The notes beneath the pieces were generated by a model. It saw only the letters and a program-made list of their open reading frames with translations. It did no database searches and was not told the DNA's origin. From the NCBI GenBank assembly GCA_032718475.1, contig JAUCBJ010002152.1, positions 1 through 64,000 of the forward strand: a stretch of DNA of 64,000 bases, in the 5' to 3' direction. How positions within the stretch are numbered: the stretch's first letter is position 1; the number at the start of each line of letters is the position of its first letter. Source of the DNA: Nemertoderma westbladi (Eukaryota > Animalia > Xenacoelomorpha). Shown piece by piece: positions 36,158 to 47,365 of this stretch. A program made the position numbers and the translations under genes.

Positions 36158-36610
36158 ATGTTATCTACAGAGGACCTTGATATGTTTCCAGTGGGTGGTC
36201 ACTATTTGGGCGCGTTTCCAGCTAATAAATTACCTAAATTAGATAATAATAAGCGGCAGGATTATGGCTTGATAGTAAATACCAATAAAGAGCATCTGCC
36301 TGGGATTCATTGGATCGCGATATATATACGAGATAATGAGGCCGAAGTATTTGACTCGTTTGGACCAAAATATCCAAACAGATGCATTGAAAAATGGCTT
36401 GAGAAAAATTCCGCAAGGTGGCGTACTACTCGCAAACAATTTCAAAACCCAAGGAGGACCACATGTGGTCTGTACTGTCTGTATTATTTGGTAAATCGTA
36501 TTCACACAATCTATCCAATGAGAGCGTTTACAAATAATGTGGAAATAAATGAAATAATATTATATAAATGGCTTGTTAATTATTATAAAATAAACCAACA
36601 TGCGTTGTAA
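36158..36610 (+). CDS. Adenain-like cysteine protease
   Basis: IVNT..PGIHWIAI, FDSFG, Q..TTCGLYCLYYL (His/Asp/Gln/Cys). Confidence 0.93.
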   Translation: MLSTEDLDMFPVGGHYLGAFPANKLPKLDNNKRQDYGLIVNTNKEHLPGIHWIAIYIRDNEAEVFDSFGPKYPNRCIEKWLEKNSARWRTTRKQFQNPRRTTCGLYCLYYLVNRIHTIYPMRAFTNNVEINEIILYKWLVNYYKINQHAL

Positions 36611-36645
36611 TTAATCATTTAGCTTGCTTTTGTTTATCAGATAAA

Positions 36646-37246
36646 ATGGATAATATTATTTTTGTTGATTTTCAATATTATAAGATAGACAATAAGGAGT
36701 ATCCGGTAGTATTTAAAGAATGTGCAATATACGATTCTAATTACACCAAAACTAATGTTAAAGATGTTTTTAATTAAAGGCCCGTCTAATATTAAGTTAT
36801 CAGCTTTAGATGCAGCTCACGTAAACAATTTACGGGATATGACTTCTCACTTGCCCTGGGACTACGGGGACATTTCTCAAGATGACTTTAAAAAATATAT
36901 GAAGAGACATTTAAAATATAAAAAAAACATTCATGTATTTGGGTTGCTGAAGCGGGCAATATTAGTTTCCCAACTCGATGTTCTCGAGCCAAATTCGGTG
37001 GAGAAATTGGGAATATATAAGCAATATCACGATTATTTAACGCCTTGTCGATTTCACGACCGATTCACTACAGTGGAAAGTAAATGCACGTTTCACTTAA
37101 ACATAAGGGATAACTGTCTGCGATACTGCTCAGCAAAACGCGTTGGGGGGTATGAGGCTCTACACTTTTTCATGAGAAAGCGTTTAACTGCGACTGATGA
37201 TGATGATAAACAGAAAGAAATAACTGCGGTGGAAGATGTACTGTAG
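36646..37246 (+). pseudogene. Maverick accessory protein, possible DEDD/RNase H-like fold, one frameshift
   Basis: MDNIIFVDFQ..VFKE from 36646, continuing after a frameshift into HLPWDYGDI and a C-terminal C..H..C..C cluster. Confidence 0.5.
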
Positions 37247-38446
37247 GTTTACTCTAAGCATGTAATGTAATGTGATGGGATAATATAATTGTTTTAATGT
37301 CAATAAAAATAATAAAAACATTAAAATCTATTTTTTATATCTCAGTTTGACTAAAGGTGTAGGGCTTAAGTTTACACACACACACATACACATACACCCC
37401 GCACCTACCGGTAGCCGGCGGTTGTATCAGAGTTTAACTACCAGTAGCTAGCTGATTTTACTACATATGCCAACAACGCTAAACTGTAGAACGGCAGAAT
37501 GGCCCCGACAGCAACCACAGAGCTTTAGCGTTACCGGTACCGTACTTACTAATAATAAAATTAAATTAAGTCGACATGCGGGTTCGTGAATACAGCATTA
37601 GAGGAGGCCCACCTAACAATAGGCCTACTGGTACCGGCACGGTAGCACTCTTGTACCTGTATAATTGGATAGCGCAAGAGCATGCTGGTTTCTTTGATTT
37701 AAGGATTAGGCTATTACACTTGAATGCTTCCAATTTTCTGTTTACAACTTTAATTGGTCTAATCTACATTACTGCGTGCTACTGTTGCATAGGTAAGCCT
37801 ATACAGCTATAGTTAACTTTATGCGGGGGCCCTTTTTCGCATGTTGACCCAATATGGTTTACGGATAGGTAAGGTACACCTTCATTCGGTTAGGCATATA
37901 GGCCTAATGACTACTCCTCAACTGAAAGCTGACTACCTCACAGACACAATAGGTGTAGTTAGGTACCGGTAGCGCTATTGGACCTATAAAATCCCCTCGC
38001 ACTCTCTGTTACTAACTTTCAACATTCACTTTATGTTGTATGCTATACCGTTAACTTTTAGTCAGGAACCCCATCATTCAACCAGTCATATAATGGCTCC
38101 ACGCGGATACAATAGGTGTGGCCCGCAGTATACCTAACTAAGCCTATATAAAATCCACCACATTCTCTGTTACTAACATTCACTCTATGTTGACGGGGGC
38201 CTATATAAAACATAGTTAGTTTATTTATGTATTCGCTTTTTTTTTAAATTAGATATAAAATAGACTGATAACATTTAATGAGTTGAAATTTGAAGTTCTC
38301 TCCAACTGTTACAATCAGACAGGAACACTGGTCACAATTTGACAAATTTAGTAGGTACCGGTAGGGGCTAATTAAGACAGTAACTAACATTTAATCGATC
38401 AGTCAGTCAGTTCAGTTAGTCAGTATCGATAAATCTCTTCTCATTA

Positions 38447-38833
38447 CTAGTACCATTTATAAATTAGTTGCTGTTGCTGCAGTTCCAGTTCCGGTTGCGG
38501 TTGTGAATGTGTCACAACAACATCATTATCATCATCGCTCCATGGGTTGTTTGGGGGTAACATTGGATTTGTTATACCATCCTCCCAATTTTCTTGAGAA
38601 ATTATACCACCTGTATGAATTTCGCTATCGCTGGGTTGAATTCTCACATTTAATGTGAAATTTTTCATTGTTTTAAAATCTGTTATTTCGTTTCCTCTGT
38701 TATTTTTAATTTCTATATGGAATTTGCCATCTTCAAGTTTCATATTAATGTCGACTATATTTGCCGCTTGAAGGTATACATCACCAGCTTCAAGATCGAA
38801 TTTCATAGAACAACTTGTCACACTTGCTGTCAT
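38447..38833 (-). CDS. Maverick hypothetical protein (128 aa)
   Basis: ATG ORF with a TATATATAA element ~20 bp upstream; no recognised motif. Confidence 0.5.
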   Translation of the reverse strand: MTASVTSCSMKFDLEAGDVYLQAANIVDINMKLEDGKFHIEIKNNRGNEITDFKTMKNFTLNVRIQPSDSEIHTGGIISQENWEDGITNPMLPPNNPWSDDDNDVVVTHSQPQPELELQQQQLIYKWY

Positions 38834-39509
38834 TTTACTGTTACAGGTTGGTTATATATAGTACAGTAGTATAGTTTAAGCTAGAGTATACCGGTATTTG
38901 TTTTTTTTTTATTTTGGTTAACAAAATTATAGTTCACTGTTAGAAAAATTGAGTTTATATATATTTTTGTAGAGGGTCGCAGATGTGTACATTACAAAAT
39001 TCACATAGTTAACAAAATGCACAGCATAAACCTTTCCCATTCGGATTAGCGATATATGCTCTGTTCATTGTTCTATTCTGAATGTAGGGAGATGCATAGC
39101 GGATGTTTTAATGATATGTACCGGTATACAGACTAGTAACAGATAGGATGGCATCGTCTTTGACTATGAATACCAGCACATAGCCCTAAACTTTTCTCAC
39201 CGAGCTTAGCGATGCCCACCACACACACACACTCACTCTCATAAGTAACAGATGCGCTATTGTGGCTCACTCGTGAGCAACAATGCCAAGTTAGCTAGCT
39301 AGCTAGCCGCGGCTGCTGAGTATACTATGCCTACTTGAGTGTTACAAGAAACAATCGCTCTACTGAAGTTAATTTCCCCTCAAACTAGTTGTTGATTTTA
39401 AAAAAATATTCATAAATTTCTTCACCCTTCAATTTAATATATATATTTTACAGTAAAAATCTCCACCACCAAACAGCAACAACAACAATAAATTTCACTC
39501 GTACCGGTA

Positions 39510-40091
39510 CTAATTATATTTTACATCAAAAACCCCCACACCAAACAATAATAAATTATTAACCAGCTTGTTGAAAATAGGATAATATATATGAAATTTA
39601 AACGGGGAACACATTAATGTACATTTACCAGTGTAGAAACAGCAAACAACAACAATATTATTTATTCTGACTTTACAGTTATTGAATATTTCAGGGTCAT
39701 ATGAAATTTCTAGTTTAACATTATCAAATATAACATAAAACCCGATATTATTTATAAGTAACCTATAAATTACAGTATCGATACTAAAAATATAAGTACA
39801 CAAATTGATTGATTTAAAAATCAAATTAATGTTTGTTTTTTCTAATATATGTTTTTTCACTTTATTAAAATTATATTTTCTACCGAGAATTGTTATTCGT
39901 CCATTTGTAAACATTAATATGGTTGCACCAAATACCTTATATATAAACTGATTAGGTTTGAGTACAATTTTACCATTCAATTGCTTTTTTAATTCTTTCA
40001 AATTAAGTCCATAAATAATCTGCTTACAACTTATATTTTTATTTACTATTTGATAATTCATCATCAACACTGTCGTCTTTTGGTTCTTCAT
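39510..40091 (-). CDS. TATA-binding-protein-like protein
   Basis: Two TBP-like repeats: IVN..LNLKEL..TILMFTNGRITILG and YDPEIF..VCCFYTGKCTLM (compare TALIFSSGKMVCTG and YEPELF..LLIFVSGKVVLTG). Confidence 0.75.
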   Translation of the reverse strand: MKNQKTTVLMMNYQIVNKNISCKQIIYGLNLKELKKQLNGKIVLKPNQFIYKVFGATILMFTNGRITILGRKYNFNKVKKHILEKTNINLIFKSINLCTYIFSIDTVIYRLLINNIGFYVIFDNVKLEISYDPEIFNNCKVRINNIVVVCCFYTGKCTLMCSPFKFHIYYPIFNKLVNNLLLFGVGVFDVKYN

Positions 40092-40112
40092 AAATTGGTA
40101 TATTTGATATTT

Positions 40113-43100
40113 TTATAGGTTTTTTGAGGTTTGTTTTATAGTGCCCCCAAGGAAGCGATTGATTTTTATTAAGCCAAAAAAGTTTATCATCAAAGCTACT
40201 GAGTGCAAATTTATTTTGCTTTAAGGTATAAATACGAAGTAATTTAGATTGAAATCTGTGTATGTTTTTTTTATTTCTTCATTTGAGTTATATGCTTTTA
40301 AATATTCTTCATGTGTAATATTCGTTTCCACAACAGCTCTTGTAATACCTTTTGCTCTACGAATATTTTTATTATTCCATTCCAAAATTGAATATAATTT
40401 TGGTCTTAAAAATACTGCTTGTTTAATTTCACGTGAGGCTAGTTCGTCTTTACAGTAATAGAGTCTGGATTTATTTTTATCGCTGTAGAGCGGGTGATCC
40501 TTAGGGTAATTGGATGTATCTAAAATATTATTTTTAATTAATGCTTTTAAAAAATTATTCTGCGATGTATTATAGTAACAACCTATCAAAGAGTCAGTGT
40601 CTGATGCAGCAATTTCAATACGGCAGTTTAATTCTTTCTCAATAGGTAGCAATTTATTGTAATACAGATCATACATATCCAATTTAGCCAAGTCCAACAC
40701 AGTGCTACCAATATATATAGGCTTATCGAGAGTTACAGAGTCTTTCACTAATAAATGTCCCGATAGTGTATTATTGTATATTATAAATTGTTCATGATTA
40801 ATACGATTTACCAATTGATCGCATTTATCGTTGCTATTTGCGATACGAAAGTTACATCGATCTCTTATCTTTTCTATTGATTTGCCAAACAGCGAATTAT
40901 TGAGCAATTTCGCGACAGCTGTTTCAATGTAACTTTTTGCCAGTCGCCTTTGATTAATATTAAAATCGATGTAATTTTTAAATACAAATTCTTGTTGAAA
41001 AGAATATAATTTATGTAGTTTAGTAACAATTAATCCATGTTTTATATAAAATTTTAACAGTTTCAAATGTAAATGATAAAACTCTTTATCAAATTGTGTC
41101 AGCATGAGTTTTGGTATAGACATTCTATATTTATGGGAGGTACCTCTTTGTATTGACAAGTTATTAAATTGTTCCCGCATATAAGGTGAAAGCATTGATT
41201 CATTTATACTTAAATGCTCGGGGGCTAACGGTAATTGTAATGTTTGATCGTGAATAGCCTTGGGATAATTTAAATCACATATTAACAAATATCCAGTAGA
41301 TCCCTCAATGTCTAAATCTACCAAGTACTCGATTAGTTTTTCTGGTATTGCATTCTCTAAATGTTTAATACTTACTTCTTTGAATTGTGAGGTGGGTAGT
41401 TTTTTACTTAAATTCCCAGAATATAAAGAGTTGAAATCAATATTAAAAATATGGCATTCTTCCTTAGTAGAATCATATGTACTTGTACCTGGTATATTTG
41501 ATTCTATATAATGTTTTCGACAAAATGAAACACCACCCCTAATTGATTTTTCAAAATCTCTATATGTCTGATAATCCTTTATTAATTCTATTTTACATTT
41601 ATTATATTTTAGCGCGCAATCATAGGTAAATGATGCAATACTACAGTAAAAAACCGCTTCTAAATCGTAATTTTGTTTACAAACATTCCTAAAATTCTCA
41701 AATATATCGGCAAGCAAACAAACATCGAGTTTTAAATAGGCTAAAAGATAATCTTTGAGATTCACACAGTCGAATTATACCCATGATATTCCCGCAAACC
41801 TATAATCTTCAATTGTGCATGTTTTTTGACTTAAGTTACTAAAAAAATTATTTATAGACAGCAAACCAGTATCATTAAATTTATTTATATCTGTCAAGTA
41901 CTCGTATGGAAATACTCCTTTCCATTTAATCGTTGAGTTATTCAAGTTTGGATAAAAATATTTCATTTCTTGTAGAGTAATAGGTAAAATTGAGCTTATA
42001 TCATGACTGGCTACATCCTTTGTTGAACACTCAACTAAATTACTTAAAGAAAAGCTTAAAAATTGATATGTGTCTAAGAAACGTAACTCAATTTTCTTAG
42101 AAGTGTTTTTAATTGGGATAAAGGCACTCAGTGAAATATATCGTTCTGTATTTCTCGGTATAACCTTTATATCCCAATCTGTGTATTTCATATCTCTAAA
42201 TCCGCTTTGTAATATACAATGTATATCGTAATTGTTGGAATTGTGCCCGCAAAGTACATACAGGTATCGTTTCAATGATAAACTTCGGTTACAACTATTA
42301 CAGGCTGCCGCAATATATTTACCTGTAATATGCGAATGGTGTCTGTTTTTCCCAACATTATTATTTAAAGTAGCATTACAATAAAAACAAAATTTTGCTT
42401 GTTCAAAATTTACAAAATCAATATTAGTAAATGACATAGTTTTATGTGTGTATATTTCTGACCAACAACATAATTCAGTTAAATCAGTATATAATGAATC
42501 TAAGAAATCTTGAATACAATTATTATTATTTGACTTTACGAATGTTTTCAAATGACATTTTGGAGCATCAATTAATTCAGTATTGGGAACAATTAAATAA
42601 CTCACTGCACACGGTATGCTCCTGTATAATTTGATTATTAACTGACGGTTGTAAGATACATTCTATATCAAAGTAGGTGACAAACAATGGGGATAAGGTT
42701 CTATCTAAATTTGTAAAACTAATGTGTGTTCTTTTTTTATTAGGTAGTTTCTCGCGCTGACTTCTTCCTTGGTAGCAGGCGAGACGGTGTCGATGAAGAA
42801 CTTCCGCTCGAAAAAAATGAGTCAAACACCTTTCGCAATATTTCCTATTCCTGATATGAAGTGCTCTCGTATTCAGCAATCGATTCAAGTTAGTTATGCA
42901 AACATAATGATTCAGTTTAGGTACATTGTTATTTTTTACTACAAGTAATATATTTAATAACTGTTTATCAGGTGTAATTTTACTAAATGGAGGTTGTCTT
43001 AATATAGATACCGGGGTGCGTTTGTTGTCGTTATTCCAACATAGTAAATTAATTATATATTTTGAATTTTGTTTTTCAAAAAGTTTAATTGCTAACTGCC

Positions 43101-44094
43101 ACTCTGTTGGATAATCTTTGTTCCCGTTGTCAAAAATGAAATGAGTCATATAATTTTTGTACGATGAAGTACGCTGTTTGTTGTTTTTCACTTTGCTACT
43201 AAATTTTGCAGATATAATTGCCCATTTAAAACAGTCATTATCTACCGTTTGTATATTTATTGTACAATTTTTACCTGATAGAGCCTTAGGTAATTCCATA
43301 TACCCATGCCCCTTATATAGTAACGACCTACACTTAGATTCAGCTAATTTAATTTCAACCCTTAATAAAGATTTAATACGCCGCCCAGAACCACGTGTGT
43401 TAAAGATGGCTATTTTTTGTAATATATACCCCAGCACATGCTCAAACCATGTGTCAAAACTTTGCGGCGAATCTACAGTATTAATAGCACCACCGGAAGA
43501 ATTAAAATAAAAGGTTTCCAATTGCTCACCTTCTGAAAAATGTGACCTGTACATTAATACATTTAGACCTAACCACAGTCTAAGAACATTCATTTCTTTC
43601 AATCTATCTAATATTAACTGAAGAATATTACCTCGAATTTGCGTTACTGCTGTTTCTACATCGGGATAATCTCTAGAAGTTGGGAGGTCGTGGACATAAA
43701 TTTCAAGACGATTATCGTGAGCTTCTTGTTCCCGCGTAAAAATTGTTGCGCATGTACCAAGAGCCACCCTTAAGTTTTTTCTAGATATTATATTTTTATG
43801 TTGCGGAAATTTACGCTTTCTTGTGTAGTAACATTTCAAGTGACAATCGTGTCGTAAATAATTGTCATATGTATACTCTTTATTACAGGTAGAACAAGTC
43901 AATTGATAGGTGCGGAACTCCATTTCTTTACAACCAGTAGTCGTTTCATGTCGTTTACAAATTTCGCTGCATGAAGTCACGACATGACACTTTAAACAAG
44001 AATAACTTTCAAAATGTGCCCGTAGGTGGCGTAAATAATTATGTCTAGTTACATTCATATGACAGAATGAACAACATATTGTTATTTTATCCAT
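40113..44094 (-). pseudogene. Protein-primed DNA polymerase B, frameshifted into four pieces
   Basis: N-terminal Zn fingers, GSG..I, DCFKWAI, YFDIEC, HNSNNYD, KGVFPYEY, YLKLDV, SIRGGVS, DFNSLY, KLLNNSLFGK, DTDS, AKGI, and a final ALSSFDDK..LPWGHY in a shifted frame ending at 40113. Confidence 0.95.
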
Positions 44095-44283
44095 GTTGAA
44101 GTTTGTTTAGATAAATAATAATAATAATAATAATAAAATATCTCCAAAGATTAAAATAAAATGAAATGATATGATATTGACTACATCTAAACATTTATAT
44201 GCTAGCGAGGGAAATAATTTTAAACCAATCACCAATCGCTTATGACTATTGGAAACCGCAAAGAGTTTAACTTATGATTAGGC

Positions 44284-45236
44284 TTACATGTTAGGATAAT
44301 AATCTGGTTTCCATGGAGAATTAGTAACAGGCTCTACTAGAACTGGGTTACTGACAACTTTCTGTTTCTTTGCAGGTGATGCGTTGGTAAATTTACTCGA
44401 TGATCTTGGCTTCCGAGGTAATATTTCAGGAAAGACCTGTTGCGGTTGAGAGCAACTCTCTTCAACATCTGGATTAGGTGATGGGATCTCTACGAACGCT
44501 TTAGGTTTATCCAAAAGGACAAAACCGTCAACATGGGCTTCAGTAAGAGAAACACCATCCATCGATTCTTTGAGAAAACTAATATGGGGTTTATCATTCA
44601 AGTAATGCAACTCGATATAATTTCCGCCGGCACCTACTTCAGTAGAATTATAATTTTTTTATTATTGGTTTTAATCATTTTGAGCCTGTCTGATAATTGA
44701 ATGATATTTTTATCAAAAAGATGCTTGTCTGTTTCATCGACTTGGTTGTCCCACTCTCGCAACAAAACGGTTAGTTCCTGTTTTGACAAATTGAAACCTG
44801 TATAATAGTTAAAACCAACACTATCGGTGTATCTGAGGATGATTTTCCATAAGCCAACATAGTTGGTTCCTTTAAAAGCTGTTACAAATCCAATAAACTC
44901 TGGATTTGATAATTCAATGTAGAATTGATCGCTAATAATCTCTAGCGGTGGAGAGAGAAATTGCAATAATTTCCCTCTGTATTGAATTAGAACTTCAGTA
45001 AAAGCTTTGTTGAGAACTTTACATTTGCCTTGTTTCTGAACGTAAACATCACCCGATGTGGGGTTGATGGAAATATTCAAATTTCCCCGCGCAAAACGAA
45101 GAGTTGGATATATCCTACCTGGTATAATTGCTGGTCTGGATTGATGTTGGTTGTTGGTTGTTTCTAGAATGTCTAACAAATAGCGGGTATCTTGATGGGA
45201 AAAACAAATTGATTCGTTGTCCTCCTGAGATTCCAC
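44284..45236 (-). pseudogene. Protein with a PC4-like (whirly-type ssDNA-binding) segment; two ORFs probably joined across a poly-A frameshift
   Basis: FVTAFKGTNYVGLW..TGFNLSKQELTVL resembles PC4 V..FKGK..VDIR..GISL..EQW..L; homopolymer at ~44654-44660; C-terminal PAKKQK NLS-like motif. Confidence 0.5.
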
Positions 45237-46005
45237 AATAAAATACTTGCTGTGAATGACGGTACAAGTATATTTATTGTAAGTAAATTTTCAGCTATTT
45301 GTTGCTCCGGTTTTTTGCGTTAAGGCCATAATAATAATTATAAATACGAAAAATATTACAAGTGATAAATTTTAAACCGTATCGCTGTAATAAATTGACA
45401 CCATAGTTCTCACTCTAAAATTGTGTTGGTCGGAAGACGACACCAGAGAAAAATGTTGCTGAGTTCGACATTAGGTATCGACACAAAAACAAAAATCGGG
45501 TGAGACACGTAGCTCAGATTTTCGTTTTTAGGTCGATACCCAATGCTGGAATCAGTATCATTTTATGAGGTGTCGTTTTCTGACCAACGAATATACAACG
45601 AGTAAGATAATGTATAAATTATTAAGGAAATAACACAATGTCAGAGTGAGAACAAAAAATTAGATATGGTATCAATATATTACCATGAAGATTACAAGTG
45701 ATGAATTTTAATAAAAGCATTCAGTTATATATATATAAATTTGCGATGTGGCATAGTCAACGAAGAAGAGATGGTACGTGTCATAATCATCAATGAATAA
45801 GAAAAGAGATGGGGAGCAACGTGGATGAATAGCTGGCTTGTTGATTGCGTGGATAGGAAATATGTGAAAGAATATGAATCATAGGGTTGTGTGTAATAAT
45901 AATCAATAATTATTATAATAAAAACGCTCAGTATAATGTTAGTGGTGGTGGTGGTAGCCTTTCAATATGGCACAGATGCTGTGGGATTGGTTAGGTTAGG
46001 TTGAG

Positions 46006-46487
46006 TAACTATGGAAATGTTCGTATACGTGTAGCTGGAACGTGGCGGAATTTCACGTATCATAGCGTTGGATTGGACTGGTAGGAGGCTGCTTGGTTGG
46101 TTGGATTGATTTGGCGACAGCCGCCGAGGAGTAGCCGTGCGTGGCTAGCGGTGGTGAGTTGGCAATCGATATATAATATAAAATAGCGTAGTGGGGGCTA
46201 GCCATGCATCGTGAAGTTAGGTTACGCGAAGATGAATATGCGATGGTTGGTTGATGCAACAATACGAATCAATACTCACGGTTGGTAACAGCTATCGAGT
46301 AAGGCGGGCATCGTGAGGTTAGGCTACGCGTAGGCGATAGGCAACGATTGGTTGAAGGCATCGATACTGTTGGTGACAGATGGTCATTAAACATCGCGAT
46401 TTAGCACGTTTTTAATAGCCCTCCGAGATGCAGCCCGTAGCCCAGGCTAGGGAGGAGTTCGCGGGGGGACACTCTTCTTCTACTACT
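46006..46487 (-). repeat. Maverick right TIR
   Basis: Reverse complement of 18030-18498. Confidence 0.95.
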
Positions 46488-47094
46488 AAGGCGGCTCTCT
46501 TTACTACTTTCAGCTATCCCGGGAGGTTGATTGACAGACACTTACTAAGCTTTGATATTTAGCCGCTCTAGGTAGACTTACATTAGGCAAATTCCAAGTG
46601 ATTTCCTAAAGGTTATTTATTTCCTATTAGGTTCCTATTAGGATCCAATATGACGTTATTTGAAAGCGTTACTGTATGATATTTTATTATTATATTATAT
46701 TATATTATTTTATTATTATATTATATTATTTTATTATTATATTATATTATATTATTTTATTATTATATATATTTGTATTATTATTATACAGTATATATAT
46801 TTTATTACTTATTATCGAAAAAAAGCGAATTAATATTCTAGAATATAATAAAAAAAACATTGAAATTATGTTGATGCATCTCATAAAATGTATGCCTTTG
46901 ATGCATTTTGTCTGTAAGATTTTTTACCATTAATAAGTGTAGGGCCTACTGTAGCAGTAACCGGTAATTAACTGCTACAGTATATCAGTAGACTTTTTAA
47001 TGGCGTTTTATAGCGAATTAAACAAATTCGACCTGGAGGCCTAAGAAACTGTGTGAGAATATCACCATACACAGGTACAATTTAATAAAAATTC

Positions 47095-47365
47095 CACATG
47101 CTTTATAATATGTATTGGTACTGTACTGTAGGCCAGGTGAGATAAATAATGACAACATAAAACTACTGTAATAACTTTGGGAAATGAGTACTACTGTACA
47201 GGGGCTAAAACTACGGGTGGGGGTGGGGGTGCCTAGTGCCTACATACTATAAGTATGCCTACATACTGTAGTTCCTTAAGTTAATACAGTAGTTTTATGT
47301 TGTCATTATTTATCTCACCTAGCCTACAGTACATAACCTTTACATTATTACAGTATATCAAGCAT
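47095..47365. repeat. Fold-back (MITE-like) inverted repeat
   Basis: TGTACTGTAGGCCAGGTGAGATAAATAATGACAACATAAAACTACTGTA inverted at 47286-47334. Confidence 0.75.

Larger units (their letters stand above)
18030..46487. mobile_element. Maverick/Polinton (polintovirus), full-length with nested insertions
   Basis: Termini AGTAGTAGAAGAAGAG...CTCTTCTTCTACTACT; 6-bp TSD AAGGCG (18024-18029, 46488-46493); pPolB, integrase, ATPase, protease and capsid genes inside. Confidence 0.97.
13200..46674. mobile_element. TA-flanked TIR transposon (Tc1/mariner-pogo type ends) hosting the nested insertions
   Basis: TA|CAGTACCGCTTTCAAATAACGTCGTATTGGATCCTAATAGGA at 13200 and its near-perfect reverse complement ending at 46674|TA. 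Confidence 0.6.

Noticed and set aside
26870-36650. TAATAATG / TAAATG before several Maverick start codons as a poxvirus-like late promoter
   Set aside because: Expected by chance in such AT-rich DNA with closely packed stop and start codons; not distinguishable without statistics.
37400-39510. Recurrent TACCGGTA / TAGGCCTA palindromes as Maverick-specific sites
   Set aside because: The same motifs occur outside the element (about 8000-10100 and 46940-46965), so they may reflect a genome-wide bias.
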